Assembly (NCBI GenBank): GCA_965203175.1
Contig: OZ241867.1
Location: 2,560,001 to 2,624,000, forward strand
Origin: Candidatus Latescibacterota bacterium
GTDB taxonomy: Bacteria; Latescibacterota; UBA2968; UBA8231
Reading direction: 5' to 3'
Length of the DNA stretch: 64,000 bases
The position numbers and the translations under genes are program-made. The notes below the pieces were generated by a model. It did no database searches. It was not told the origin of the DNA and saw nothing but the letters and a program-made list of their open reading frames with translations. Below are positions 49,609 to 58,307 of the stretch, piece by piece (the stretch's first letter is position 1; the number at the start of each line of letters is the position of its first letter).

Positions 49609-50550
49609 ATGCCATTGCAAAAAGAAGACCTACTCGCCGTGCTAAACTCGGTTACCTCCATTCCGGTGGTCCCTTTTCGCGGCGGGCAAATCGACTACGA
49701 GGCCCACGCCAAGAACATCAACTACTTGATGGAGAACAATCACTTGGACGGCGCCCGGCCCCGGGTGATTGGCATCGCCGGCACCAGCTTGATCCACCAC
49801 ATTAGCGCGGATGAGCAAGTGCGGTTGTTGGGCTTTACCGGCCAGCAGATGGGGGGACGCGGGGTGCTGATGTCCGGGCTTGCTCCCAATCCGGTTGGGG
49901 ATGCCGAGCGGTTGATCGAGCGGGAGGCCGCGCTCGAATATCCCCCGGATGTCTATCTCGTCATGCCGCTTACGGGCGTGGCCAGTCCAGAGGGCATTTT
50001 CGCGTACTACGTGGATTTTGCCGAGCGGTTGGGGCGTTCGTGCGGGGCCAAGTTGCTCTACTACCTGCGCAACCAAGCCGAGCGCGAGATAGCCGTGCGG
50101 CTGATGAACGAGTCCGAGCACTTCGTGGGGTTGAAGATCGGCACTACGGTTGATGATGTTGAGCCGATTGTCGCGGGTGTGGAAGAGGGGGCTGCGTTGG
50201 TGATTTGGGGCGTGGGGGATCGCTCGACTGGGCCGGCTGAGCGCGGCACCAAGGGGCATACGTCGGGGATTAACGTGGCCTTTGCCCGCGCTTCAGACGA
50301 GATCAACAACGCCCAGCGTCGAGGTGATTTTGCGACCTCGCAGCAGATTGAAGACAAGCTTGCGGCTCTAGAGGGAATTCGCTTCCGCGATGGCCGTATG
50401 TACAACTACTCGGCTGTGGTTGAGGCCATGCACTTGGGGGGGTTCAGCGATGTGGATGGCGGCGAGGGTGGTCCGTTCAATCCTCGGGTGCCTAAGGAAG
50501 TGGCAGAGGAAGTGGCTGCGGCCATCGCCGATATTGTGGACTATCACTAG
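49609..50550 (+). CDS. Divergent DHDPS-family protein (KdgD-like lyase)
   Basis: SIPVVPF...IDYE, LLYY, FVGLKIG, GHTSG...AQRRGDF. Confidence 0.7.
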   Translation: MPLQKEDLLAVLNSVTSIPVVPFRGGQIDYEAHAKNINYLMENNHLDGARPRVIGIAGTSLIHHISADEQVRLLGFTGQQMGGRGVLMSGLAPNPVGDAERLIEREAALEYPPDVYLVMPLTGVASPEGIFAYYVDFAERLGRSCGAKLLYYLRNQAEREIAVRLMNESEHFVGLKIGTTVDDVEPIVAGVEEGAALVIWGVGDRSTGPAERGTKGHTSGINVAFARASDEINNAQRRGDFATSQQIEDKLAALEGIRFRDGRMYNYSAVVEAMHLGGFSDVDGGEGGPFNPRVPKEVAEEVAAAIADIVDYH

Positions 50551-50849
50551 CCCTCGTTGCGCAGCCGCTCTAGATAGGCCGCCCATTCGACGGGGAGCAG
50601 GTGTTGCTTTTGGCTGTTGCAGTGCTTGCAGCAAGGCACCACGTTGGACTTGGTGGTGCGGCCGCCGCGGATGAGCGGCACTACGTGATCCATGGTCAGT
50701 TCATCGGGCGGGAATGACTGCTGGCAGTAGTGACATTGGCCAGCAGCCCGTTTGCGCTTCCACCATTGGGAACGGCGCAGTTCCTTGGCCTTGTTTTTCT
50801 CTCGGGCGACGTGCTCGGCGTCGGCTGGGACGAAGTATGTGTTTTCCAT
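50547..50849 (-). CDS. Small HNH endonuclease
   Basis: CHYC...LTMDHVVPLIRGG...NVVPCCKHCNSQK. Confidence 0.88.
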   Translation of the reverse strand: MENTYFVPADAEHVAREKNKAKELRRSQWWKRKRAAGQCHYCQQSFPPDELTMDHVVPLIRGGRTTKSNVVPCCKHCNSQKQHLLPVEWAAYLERLRNEG

Positions 50850-51012
50850 GCGAAAGCAAGATAGCGCAGAATGGGCATAGCACAAATGAACGCCAGCGAA
50901 GCCGATACCAGAGGCGAGCTCATTTGCGATGCTCTAGCGCTTGCAATAGGTGCAAGGAGGCTATTGACGCTATGCCATCGGCCATGCTGCGGCGAGTTTT
51001 TGCGAGAAAGGT

Positions 51013-51924
51013 ATGATGGGTAATTTCTCGCCACAAACAATTGAAGCTCTGGCGATCACTATTACTGGTGGTTCTTTCTCAGATTCCACCAGTCCTGTTC
51101 CTAGCAAATATCGTGCTGGTTGGGAATTGGAACAGTTCTTCAGAGGGATCGAGGTATCGTTTCAAATAGATAAAAGGTCTCGTGTCTCTGCTGTTCGCGA
51201 GTGCTTGGAGGACTTGAATATTAGCAATCCCACCAAGATAAAAGAGGCCATTCAAGCTATATGTGATCCACGTGAATACCTTGATGAAGAAGACGATCTC
51301 AGGGAAATCGTGGTTTATCTAAATAAACGGTTGAAATTCGACGGGTTTGAGCTTTGGGAGGAGGGAGGGTTCTACAGATTAGTATCAACCAATATAGTAG
51401 GAGCTCCCGCCAATGATCTCCAAGCCACTATTAATCTAACTGACTATGACTCGGTTAAGACGGACTTTGAGAGAGCCGTAAATGCCATCGAAAAAGATCC
51501 AGAAGACGCTATAACTGCTGCCTGTTCCATTGTTGAGAGCGTTTGTAAGTGCATCCTATATCAGATGAAGAAATCTTACCCCAAAAAGCAGGACATCAAG
51601 GGTTTGGTCACTGAAGTAGGAAAGCACCTGAATCTCTCACCGGCACGAAGTGACCTCCCTTCTGAGATATCTGGCGATATCAAGCAAATTTTGTCTGGCT
51701 TGATTAGCGTCACTTCAGGTATCGGTGCACTGAGAACACATAGTGGAGACGCGCACGGACGTGGCAGAAAGAGAGTACCTGTGGATGCTCGTATCGCTCG
51801 TCTAGCAATCCACGCTGCCAGCACTATATCGCTCTTCTATATCGAGACATGGAACCGCATTACGGCGGTAAAAAAAGATAATGATAAAGAGGCGAGAAAA
51901 AGCGATCCAAACAGCGATAACTAG
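51013..51924 (+). CDS. Abortive infection family protein (AbiJ-like N-terminus + Abi_C domain)
   Basis: DPEDAITAACSIVESVCKCIL, KQILSGL...GIGALRTHSGDAHGRG, ARLAIHAAST; visibly AT-richer than flanks. Confidence 0.8.
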   Translation: MMGNFSPQTIEALAITITGGSFSDSTSPVPSKYRAGWELEQFFRGIEVSFQIDKRSRVSAVRECLEDLNISNPTKIKEAIQAICDPREYLDEEDDLREIVVYLNKRLKFDGFELWEEGGFYRLVSTNIVGAPANDLQATINLTDYDSVKTDFERAVNAIEKDPEDAITAACSIVESVCKCILYQMKKSYPKKQDIKGLVTEVGKHLNLSPARSDLPSEISGDIKQILSGLISVTSGIGALRTHSGDAHGRGRKRVPVDARIARLAIHAASTISLFYIETWNRITAVKKDNDKEARKSDPNSDN

Positions 51925-51942
51925 CAGATAATCAGTTCAGGT

Positions 51943-52170
51943 TCACGGCAAATAATCTTGGAAATGCTCAAGATGTTCATCGTCATCGGCAAGGATCATC
52001 AACTTGCCCTTTCCAAGGCCAAACTGACGCGCCCGATTCTGAGTACTACTTTTTACTAACCGCGCAACAGTCTCGCTGCCGCGTGTCAACTCGATTTCCT
52101 CGTCCGGTTGTAGTTGATCAATCAATTCATTAAGCCGCGAACTCGCTTCTTTGATCGAGATCGTCGTCAT
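51943..52170 (-). CDS. Phd/YefM-type antitoxin (orphan)
   Basis: MTTISIKEASSRLNELI...IELTRGSETVARLV...RQFGLGKGKL...DDDEHLEHFQDY. Confidence 0.8.
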   Translation of the reverse strand: MTTISIKEASSRLNELIDQLQPDEEIELTRGSETVARLVKSSTQNRARQFGLGKGKLMILADDDEHLEHFQDYLP

Positions 52171-52200
52171 AGTGGATATTCCAAGAGTGTAAATATACGA

Positions 52201-52506
52201 TTAGACAGGCTCATAACGCTGGACGCTGATCTCATTTGCACGGGCACGCATCTGCGAGGCGTCATACCAAGCCTGCATCCTCAGCAGCATGTCCATACCC
52301 ACGCCGAATGCCTTCTCGATACGCAGTGCCATCTCAGGTGATAGCGCGGCGTGGCCGTTTAGTAAATCCGAAAGCGTTGCCCGCCGAACCCCTAGAATCT
52401 CAGCCGCTTTTGTCACGTTCAGATCCAACTCCTCGATGATCTCGGTGCGAATGAAATCACCTGGATGCGAAGGGGTCATGTTCACTTTGATGCCGTCGGT
52501 AGCCAT
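52201..52506 (-). CDS. higA: HigA family antitoxin
   Basis: HPGDFIRTEII...AAEILGVRRATLSDLLNG...LSPEMALRIEKAFG...WYD; TAATG coupling. Confidence 0.9.
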   Translation of the reverse strand: MATDGIKVNMTPSHPGDFIRTEIIEELDLNVTKAAEILGVRRATLSDLLNGHAALSPEMALRIEKAFGVGMDMLLRMQAWYDASQMRARANEISVQRYEPV

Positions 52507-52740
52507 TAGTGGTAATCCTCCAAGTTTAAGCGGTCGATATAGCCGTCTTCTTCTGCAAAGGTGATCCGCCAATTTCCGGACACGAGGTGCATCGGCAATG
52601 AATCTGTCTAATCCCTCTGCCAAAATCAGTGCCGTCAGGATCTTACGCACTCGATCAACCAAGTTGTGTTGCAGGAACCGAGGATTATCGTCTTCAATCA
52701 ATCGGCGCAATCCTCGGTGGTGGATGGAGCGAATGATCAT
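52506..52740 (-). pseudogene. higB: HigB toxin with internal frameshifting deletion
   Basis: MIIRSIHHRGLRRL...FIADAP, then in another frame VSGNWRITFAEEDGYIDRLNLEDYH*; the central HxLxG...WS segment is missing. Confidence 0.82.
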
Positions 52741-52746
52741 GTTCTA

Positions 52747-52775
52747 AGTGTACGGTAATACCGTTCATTTTACAA
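52747..52775 (-). promoter_or_regulatory. higBA promoter with palindromic operator
   Basis: Minus strand TTGTAA-17-TACACT; ACGGTA-A-TACCGT palindrome in the spacer. Confidence 0.65.
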
Positions 52776-52877
52776 GTTTCTCCTCGCGCCGAAAGATCAT
52801 CTCTGGCACTCACCAACGGAAACCCTCAGATTTGCTTATGGATCAGGCTGTTGTCGGCACATCGGTTAGCACCGCAT

Positions 52878-53000
52878 CTTGGATCTGATCAATACCACTG
52901 TCACCTTTCCCGCGATTGGGTGGCCTGTTGGTCTTACGTGAAAACTTCAAAAACCATCGAGGTCTATTATGCAGGCAGTCGTGAAAACGCCCCGTATTGA
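52878..53000 (+). pseudogene. C-terminal remnant of a RelE-like toxin
   Basis: LGSDQYHCHLSRDWVACWSYVKTSKTIEVYYAGSRENAPY*; no ATG in frame nearby upstream; overlaps the antitoxin start. Confidence 0.7.
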
Positions 53001-53337
53001 GATCAATATTAAGGGAGAGATTCCCGATAGGTTAATGTCTGTACTGGAGGAAGAGTACGGCGAACAGATTCAACTTTTGGAAGATAACGACGAAGAGGCC
53101 GTGAACGTCTTTGAGACCGACTGGTATCGGGATATCAAGTCAAAGATGACGCCGGGCGACAATCTGAAGATCTATCGGGAGAATCGCGGTTTGACTCAGG
53201 CCAAGTTAGGTGAGATGCTCGGTGCTGTTCCCCGTCAGCATATCTCAAACATGGAGAGAGGGGTGCGGTCGATTAGCCTAAAAACAGCCCGGAAGCTGGC
53301 AGAGCTATTCAAGGTATCGCCTGAGAAATTCATTTGA
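52969..53337 (+). CDS. XRE-family HTH antitoxin
   Basis: TPGDNLKIYRENRGLTQAKLGEMLG...HISNMERG. Confidence 0.88.
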   Translation: MQAVVKTPRIEINIKGEIPDRLMSVLEEEYGEQIQLLEDNDEEAVNVFETDWYRDIKSKMTPGDNLKIYRENRGLTQAKLGEMLGAVPRQHISNMERGVRSISLKTARKLAELFKVSPEKFI

Positions 53338-53429
53338 AGACCAGAAGGGCCAGACAAACTTGCTGATAGTAGATGCCTACGCGCTAGTCGCCTTTTGGCA
53401 ACAGTAGAGTACAATCCTGCGCGACGACA

Positions 53430-55019
53430 TCAGCAGCGCTTGGTGATGAATTCGCGGCTCATCCACTGTCCGAGCACGTTGTGCGAGCGGAGCAGCATCT
53501 TTTGGTAAGCGCGCTCTAAGTTCTTTTTGTTTTTGGCGTTGGGCAGGGCGTTGAAGCGGCCGCGGATTTGGGTGATGGTGCGGCTGCGCGGATCGACGGC
53601 GATGGTGAGGATGCGGTGGCGATGGCCTTTGCCGTCTTCTACGCCGAGGGACCAGATCGAGGTACTGCCGTTGCGGCAACTCTTGGCGTAGGTATAGACG
53701 CAGTGGCCCATTTCGCGGCCCTCGGCTCCCAGTTCGTGATTGGAGAGTAGCTCCTTTACGCTCCAGGTGAGGGTCTCGCCGAACTGCTTGTCCTCCTGCT
53801 TCATCTCGAATTCGCCGATACTTGAAGCGCCCCAAGACATGTGCCGGACGCGCACCTTTTTGCCGCCAGCTCTGTCCGGGTCGGCTTCTTCATCGGGTAG
53901 CAGCACCTGCCGCGCCAGGGCTTCGTGCCACTCGTCAACCTGGCGCAACAGTTTGGGAATGCTGCGGCTCTTCAGCGAAAAGTTCGGCTGCGCAGGCGGC
54001 CTTTGCTCGACGCCACCGCCGGGCAGGGGGATTTGCTGTGGCACGTATTTCTGATCGTGGATGAAATCGACTATGGGGCCGACATGGGCTGGGTCGAGCA
54101 TGGGATTGTTGGCAAAAAACAGGATCGCGGTGGACCAGAAGTCCTCGTTTTCAAACGACTGACCCAGCCGGGTGGCAATTATCGCTCGCGCCAGCGCTGG
54201 ACTGCCGCCTTGTCCCACGACTTGGCCCCAGCGCAGGGCGTGGGCGATGGAGAGGTCGTCGGGGGCGGCGAGGAAGCAGTGGGCCGACTTTTTGCTCAAG
54301 GCGACGGGGAGGTCGGCGGTGCGGATGTTCTGCCCCGAGCCGATGTGTTTGAACCACGCCTGATGCAAGCCAGCCTCTGGCATCGCGGCGGTGAAAAAGG
54401 CCGCGTCCATAAAAGTGGGCACGTCATAGCGGGCCAGCAGGTGGCAGGCGAGGTGGTGAAACTGCTTGCGAGGGTTGTGGCTCGGCGGTGCCCACTCGGC
54501 CACGGGGCGCACCCAGTCTTCTGCATGGCGGGCCAAGGCGGCTAGGCCATCGATGAAATTGTTATCCGGGTGGGCACCGAAAGCGGGGACGACGGGGTCA
54601 AGGCGAAACAGGTCGGCGCGGCGCGCAGCTTGGAGCAGAATGTCGAGAAAGGCGCGGCGCGTTGGGCCGTGGGGAAAGGCGTTGAAGAGGCCGCGGATCT
54701 TGTAGAGGTAGTCGGCACCGAGCCGTCCCTTGGGAAGCGTGCGGTCGTAGAGTTGGCGGATGGTGTTGGCTGGGCTGCGCGTTTGCTGGCGGGTGCGGGT
54801 GAGCGCGACCTCGCCCTGTTGGCGGCGGGCGAGTTGACGCTCTTTTTGGATCTGGCGATTGCTCTTGTGGAGTCCGTCGCCCAAACCGCGCTTGCGGCAC
54901 CAAGCCCGGTACTCGTCCTCGGATTGGAGGCCCAAGGCGCGGATGTGGCTTCTGAGATTGGCGCGGTTGTGGGCTCGCTCGATCTCGCTGCGGACGTTTC
55001 TTTTGCGGCGGCGCGCCAT
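53430..55019 (-). CDS. PcfJ domain-containing protein
   Basis: C-terminal ELLSNHELGAEGREMGHCVYTY...SIWSL...LTIAV...QIRGRFN. Confidence 0.78.
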   Translation of the reverse strand: MARRRKRNVRSEIERAHNRANLRSHIRALGLQSEDEYRAWCRKRGLGDGLHKSNRQIQKERQLARRQQGEVALTRTRQQTRSPANTIRQLYDRTLPKGRLGADYLYKIRGLFNAFPHGPTRRAFLDILLQAARRADLFRLDPVVPAFGAHPDNNFIDGLAALARHAEDWVRPVAEWAPPSHNPRKQFHHLACHLLARYDVPTFMDAAFFTAAMPEAGLHQAWFKHIGSGQNIRTADLPVALSKKSAHCFLAAPDDLSIAHALRWGQVVGQGGSPALARAIIATRLGQSFENEDFWSTAILFFANNPMLDPAHVGPIVDFIHDQKYVPQQIPLPGGGVEQRPPAQPNFSLKSRSIPKLLRQVDEWHEALARQVLLPDEEADPDRAGGKKVRVRHMSWGASSIGEFEMKQEDKQFGETLTWSVKELLSNHELGAEGREMGHCVYTYAKSCRNGSTSIWSLGVEDGKGHRHRILTIAVDPRSRTITQIRGRFNALPNAKNKKNLERAYQKMLLRSHNVLGQWMSREFITKRC

Positions 55020-55188
55020 AGCCAAGTCCCGGTTTTGAGGACACTTCTTAATGAGTCGCGCAGCTAGTATAATGTCAATAGTGCCACTCGCGTCGCGGGA
55101 CTAGGCTGCCACAGCCGCTGCGCCGCTTGCCCTCGTTGGTATCGGCAGTTTAATTTGCTCTTACCACCTAACCCAATGCGCCGCGCTC

Positions 55189-55842
55189 ATGCTAGATTGC
55201 AATCCGATTCCGCTCTTCCCCCTGCCAGTGGTCGTCTTCCCCGGCCAAATCGTGCCCCTGCACATATTTGAGCCGCGCTACAAGCAGATGCTCGCCGATG
55301 TGCGGGCGGCTGACGAGCGCGGTGAGACTCTGCCCGTTGGCATGATTCTGGGGAAGGATCGCGAGGTACAGGGCGAGGTGGGCTGCGCAATGCTGTTGGC
55401 CAAAGTGCTCGACGAGTTCGACGATGGACGACTCAACATCATCGTCCGCGGCGCGCGGCGCTTTCGCATTGCACGCATTGACGAGCACAAGCCCTACTTA
55501 GAGGCGTGGGTAGAATACGTAGATGACACCGAGGAGCCGACGGATCCAGTACTCTTGGCCAAGGCCGTTGCGGCCTTAGAAAAATTGGTGAAGCAGCTCG
55601 AGGAAGTGACCGGCGCGCACGCCGAAGTAGGGTCTATGCAAAACGCCTTTCAAATCGCCCAAGTGACAGGCCTCGATCTGGAGATTAGGCAACAACTGCT
55701 GGAAATGACGACCGAGAATGGTCGCCTACACGCGCTCTGCGAGTACTTTGAGCAAATAATCCCCCTGCTAGAGGCGGAGCGCAAGCTCCATCGCTTGGCG
55801 TCCTCCAATGGGCACACCGGGAGCCATAGAGAAGGCTCTTAA
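55189..55842 (+). CDS. LON peptidase substrate-binding domain protein
   Basis: IPLFPLPVVVFPGQIVPLHIFEPRYKQM, DGRLNIIVRGARRFRI. Confidence 0.9.
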   Translation: MLDCNPIPLFPLPVVVFPGQIVPLHIFEPRYKQMLADVRAADERGETLPVGMILGKDREVQGEVGCAMLLAKVLDEFDDGRLNIIVRGARRFRIARIDEHKPYLEAWVEYVDDTEEPTDPVLLAKAVAALEKLVKQLEEVTGAHAEVGSMQNAFQIAQVTGLDLEIRQQLLEMTTENGRLHALCEYFEQIIPLLEAERKLHRLASSNGHTGSHREGS

Positions 55843-56519
55843 TCGGCTTCGACGAAGATACTACCGGCCACTTCCAACCCTAGCGACACCTCTTTAGAGG
55901 CGTCGATCTTCAATTGCAGCGGACCGTTAAAGGGTGCCTTGGCGGTGACTTCGACCCGGGTCCCCAAGCGCAATTGCAAATTTTCCATATAGCGCAGCAT
56001 CTGGGGATTGCGGTCGCTGACGCGGCGGATGACCGCGGACTGGCCGTCTTGTAGCTCGGAGAGACGGCGGTAGTTCGGGTGGTCAATCTGGCCTTGCTTG
56101 GTGGGGATTGGCTCGCCGTGGGCGCCGACGGTGGGATAGCCCAAAGCCTCGTCGATGCGATCTTCAAATTCCTCGGAAATAGCGTGCTCTAGGCGGTCGG
56201 CCTCGGCGTCGATCTGGTCCCAGGAATAGCCCAACGCTTGGCTGAGATATAGCTCGATTAAGCGGTGATGGCGGATGGTCTCCAAGGCGATCTTCTCGCC
56301 GCTGGCTGTTAGCTCGACCCCTTGGTACGGCGTGTAAATGAGCAGGTTCATCTCGGCGAGCTTCTTGATCATGTTCGTCGCTGAGGCCGCGGCCACTTCC
56401 ATGCGGCTGGCAATCACCGAGGTGGTGACGCGCCCGCCGTGCTCGTCACTGTGCTGCAATTTGTAGATCGTCTTGAGGTAATCCTCAATAGCCTGAGTTA
56501 GCAATCCCCGTACCTCCAA
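55839..56519 (-). CDS. mntR: DtxR/MntR family metal-dependent repressor with FeoA-like C-terminus
   Basis: EDYLKTIYKL, ATNMIKKL, RHHRLIELYL, EADRLEH, HGEPIP. Confidence 0.92.
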   Translation of the reverse strand: MEVRGLLTQAIEDYLKTIYKLQHSDEHGGRVTTSVIASRMEVAAASATNMIKKLAEMNLLIYTPYQGVELTASGEKIALETIRHHRLIELYLSQALGYSWDQIDAEADRLEHAISEEFEDRIDEALGYPTVGAHGEPIPTKQGQIDHPNYRRLSELQDGQSAVIRRVSDRNPQMLRYMENLQLRLGTRVEVTAKAPFNGPLQLKIDASKEVSLGLEVAGSIFVEAD

Positions 56520-56558
56520 GGTTACGCTCCTTGCCCTTAAGATAGGGTCAAAAGCAGA

Positions 56559-56599
56559 TTTAGCAATGACCTTGACATATTTTTAGCCATGACTAAATT
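56559..56599 (+). promoter_or_regulatory. DtxR/MntR-type operator overlapping a sigma70 promoter
   Basis: Near-perfect palindrome TTTAGCCATGACTAAA (56582-56597), a partial copy TTTAGCAATGAC (56559-56570), and TTGACA at 56572. Confidence 0.75.
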
Positions 56600-56641
56600 T
56601 TTGTTTTGTACGTCAATTATAAATTAGATAAGCAAGGAATC

Positions 56642-57538
56642 ATGCCCTGGATTTTCATTTTGTTGTGCGCGTTGGGTTGCAACGCTCCCGAGCGCAAAGA
56701 CGAGCGAATCGACGTGGTGTGTACCACCGGGATGGTGGCTGACCTCGCCCGGAATATCGGCGGCGACCGCATCTCGGTTGTTGGGATGATGGGTCCGGGC
56801 GTTGATCCGCATTACTACAAGGCATCGCAAGGCGATTTGGCCAAGCTGACGGCCGCGGATTTGATTCTCTTCAACGGCCTTTTTCTCGAAGGCAAGATGG
56901 AAGACATCTTCGCCAAAATGGCCCGCAGCAAGCAAGTGTTGGCCGTGGCCGAGCAAATACCAGAAGAGCGCTTGCTGCGCCCGCCGGAATTCGAGGGCAA
57001 CTTCGATCCTCACATATGGTTCGACGTATCGCTGTGGGCGCAGACGATTGAGCCGGTCGTGGCTCGTCTGAGCGCAATAGACCCGGATGGGGCGTCGGTC
57101 TATCGCCAGAACGGCGCGCGCTACCGAGAGCGCCTCGACGCGCTGAACCAATGGGTCGTCGAGCAGGTCGAGCTGCTGCCGGAGGCCAGCCGCGTGCTGA
57201 TTACGGCCCACGATGCCTTTGGTTACTTTGGCCGGGCCTACGGAGTGGAGGTCGTCGGCTTGCAAGGCATTTCCACGGTGGCCGACTACGGGGTCAACGA
57301 CGTTACCCGGCTAGTCGATCTGATCGTCGAGCGCCAGGTCAAGGCTATCTTCGTCGAGAGCAGCGTGCCCGTGCGCTCGATTGAGGCCGTGCGCGAAGGG
57401 TGCTTGGACCGCGGCTTCCAAGTGGAAATAGGCGGCACCCTATACTCGGATGCGATGGGGGCTGCCGGCAGCGGTGCCGACACGTATGTGGGCATGGTCG
57501 AAGGCAACGTCAACACCATTGTGGGAGCTTTGCGGTGA
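56642..57538 (+). CDS. troA: Mn/Zn/Fe ABC transporter substrate-binding lipoprotein
   Basis: Lipobox ALGC; [30 protein letters not shown]. Confidence 0.93.
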   Translation: MPWIFILLCALGCNAPERKDERIDVVCTTGMVADLARNIGGDRISVVGMMGPGVDPHYYKASQGDLAKLTAADLILFNGLFLEGKMEDIFAKMARSKQVLAVAEQIPEERLLRPPEFEGNFDPHIWFDVSLWAQTIEPVVARLSAIDPDGASVYRQNGARYRERLDALNQWVVEQVELLPEASRVLITAHDAFGYFGRAYGVEVVGLQGISTVADYGVNDVTRLVDLIVERQVKAIFVESSVPVRSIEAVREGCLDRGFQVEIGGTLYSDAMGAAGSGADTYVGMVEGNVNTIVGALR

Positions 57539-58305
57539 GCGCACCCCATCCCATTCAGATCCACGACATGACCATTGCCTACCACAAGAAGCCGGTGCTG
57601 TGGGACGTGGATCTCGATGTGCCCGAAGGACAGCTCGTGGGCATCATCGGTCCCAACGGCTCGGGCAAAAGCACCATGATTAAGGCCATTATGGACCTCG
57701 TGCCCAAGGCGTCGGGATGGGTCAAGATTTACGGCGAGGACTACAGCCAGATGCGCAAGATCATCGGCTATGTGCCGCAGCGCGAATCCGTGGATTGGGA
57801 CTTTCCGGTCAGTGCGCTCGACGTGGTGCTGATGGGCCGCTACGGCCACGTCGGATGGATGCGGCGACCGAGCAAGGAGGATAGCCGCTTGGCTTGGGCG
57901 GCCCTCGACGAGGTGGGCATGACCCCCTTTGCCGAGCGGCAGATCAGCCAGCTATCGGGTGGCCAGCAGCAGCGGGTCTTTCTCGCCCGCGCCTTGGCCC
58001 AAGAAGCCCGCATCTACATCATGGACGAGCCGCTTGCCGGCGTGGATGCGGCGACCGAGCGCGCGATCATCGCCAGCTTGGTCGCCCTGCGCGAGCAGGG
58101 AAAGACCATCTTGGTTGTGCACCACGACTTGCAGACCGTAACCGAATACTTCGATTGGGTTATTATGCTCAACATGCGGGTCGTGGCGTCCGGTCCAACC
58201 AGCGAGGTCTTTATCGACGACAACTTGCAAAAGACCTATGGGGGCCGACTGACCGTGCTCTCGCAGGCCGCCCAAGCCATGGCCGAGCAACGGCGCGAGG
58301 GCTGA
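57535..58305 (+). CDS. troB: Metal ABC transporter ATPase
   Basis: [30 protein letters not shown]; GTG start. Confidence 0.95.
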   Translation: MSAPHPIQIHDMTIAYHKKPVLWDVDLDVPEGQLVGIIGPNGSGKSTMIKAIMDLVPKASGWVKIYGEDYSQMRKIIGYVPQRESVDWDFPVSALDVVLMGRYGHVGWMRRPSKEDSRLAWAALDEVGMTPFAERQISQLSGGQQQRVFLARALAQEARIYIMDEPLAGVDAATERAIIASLVALREQGKTILVVHHDLQTVTEYFDWVIMLNMRVVASGPTSEVFIDDNLQKTYGGRLTVLSQAAQAMAEQRREG

Positions 58306-58307
58306 CG

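Noticed and set aside
47317-50550. Calling either DHDPS-like gene dapA
   Set aside because: Catalytic motifs deviate and no lysine-pathway genes are adjacent.
57894-58307. N-terminal extension of the 580-aa troC ORF (and similar extensions of nth, GH172, ahcY, troB, troD, TonB)
   Set aside because: Extensions overlap upstream genes; downstream starts with an RBS or stop-start coupling fit the family N-termini.
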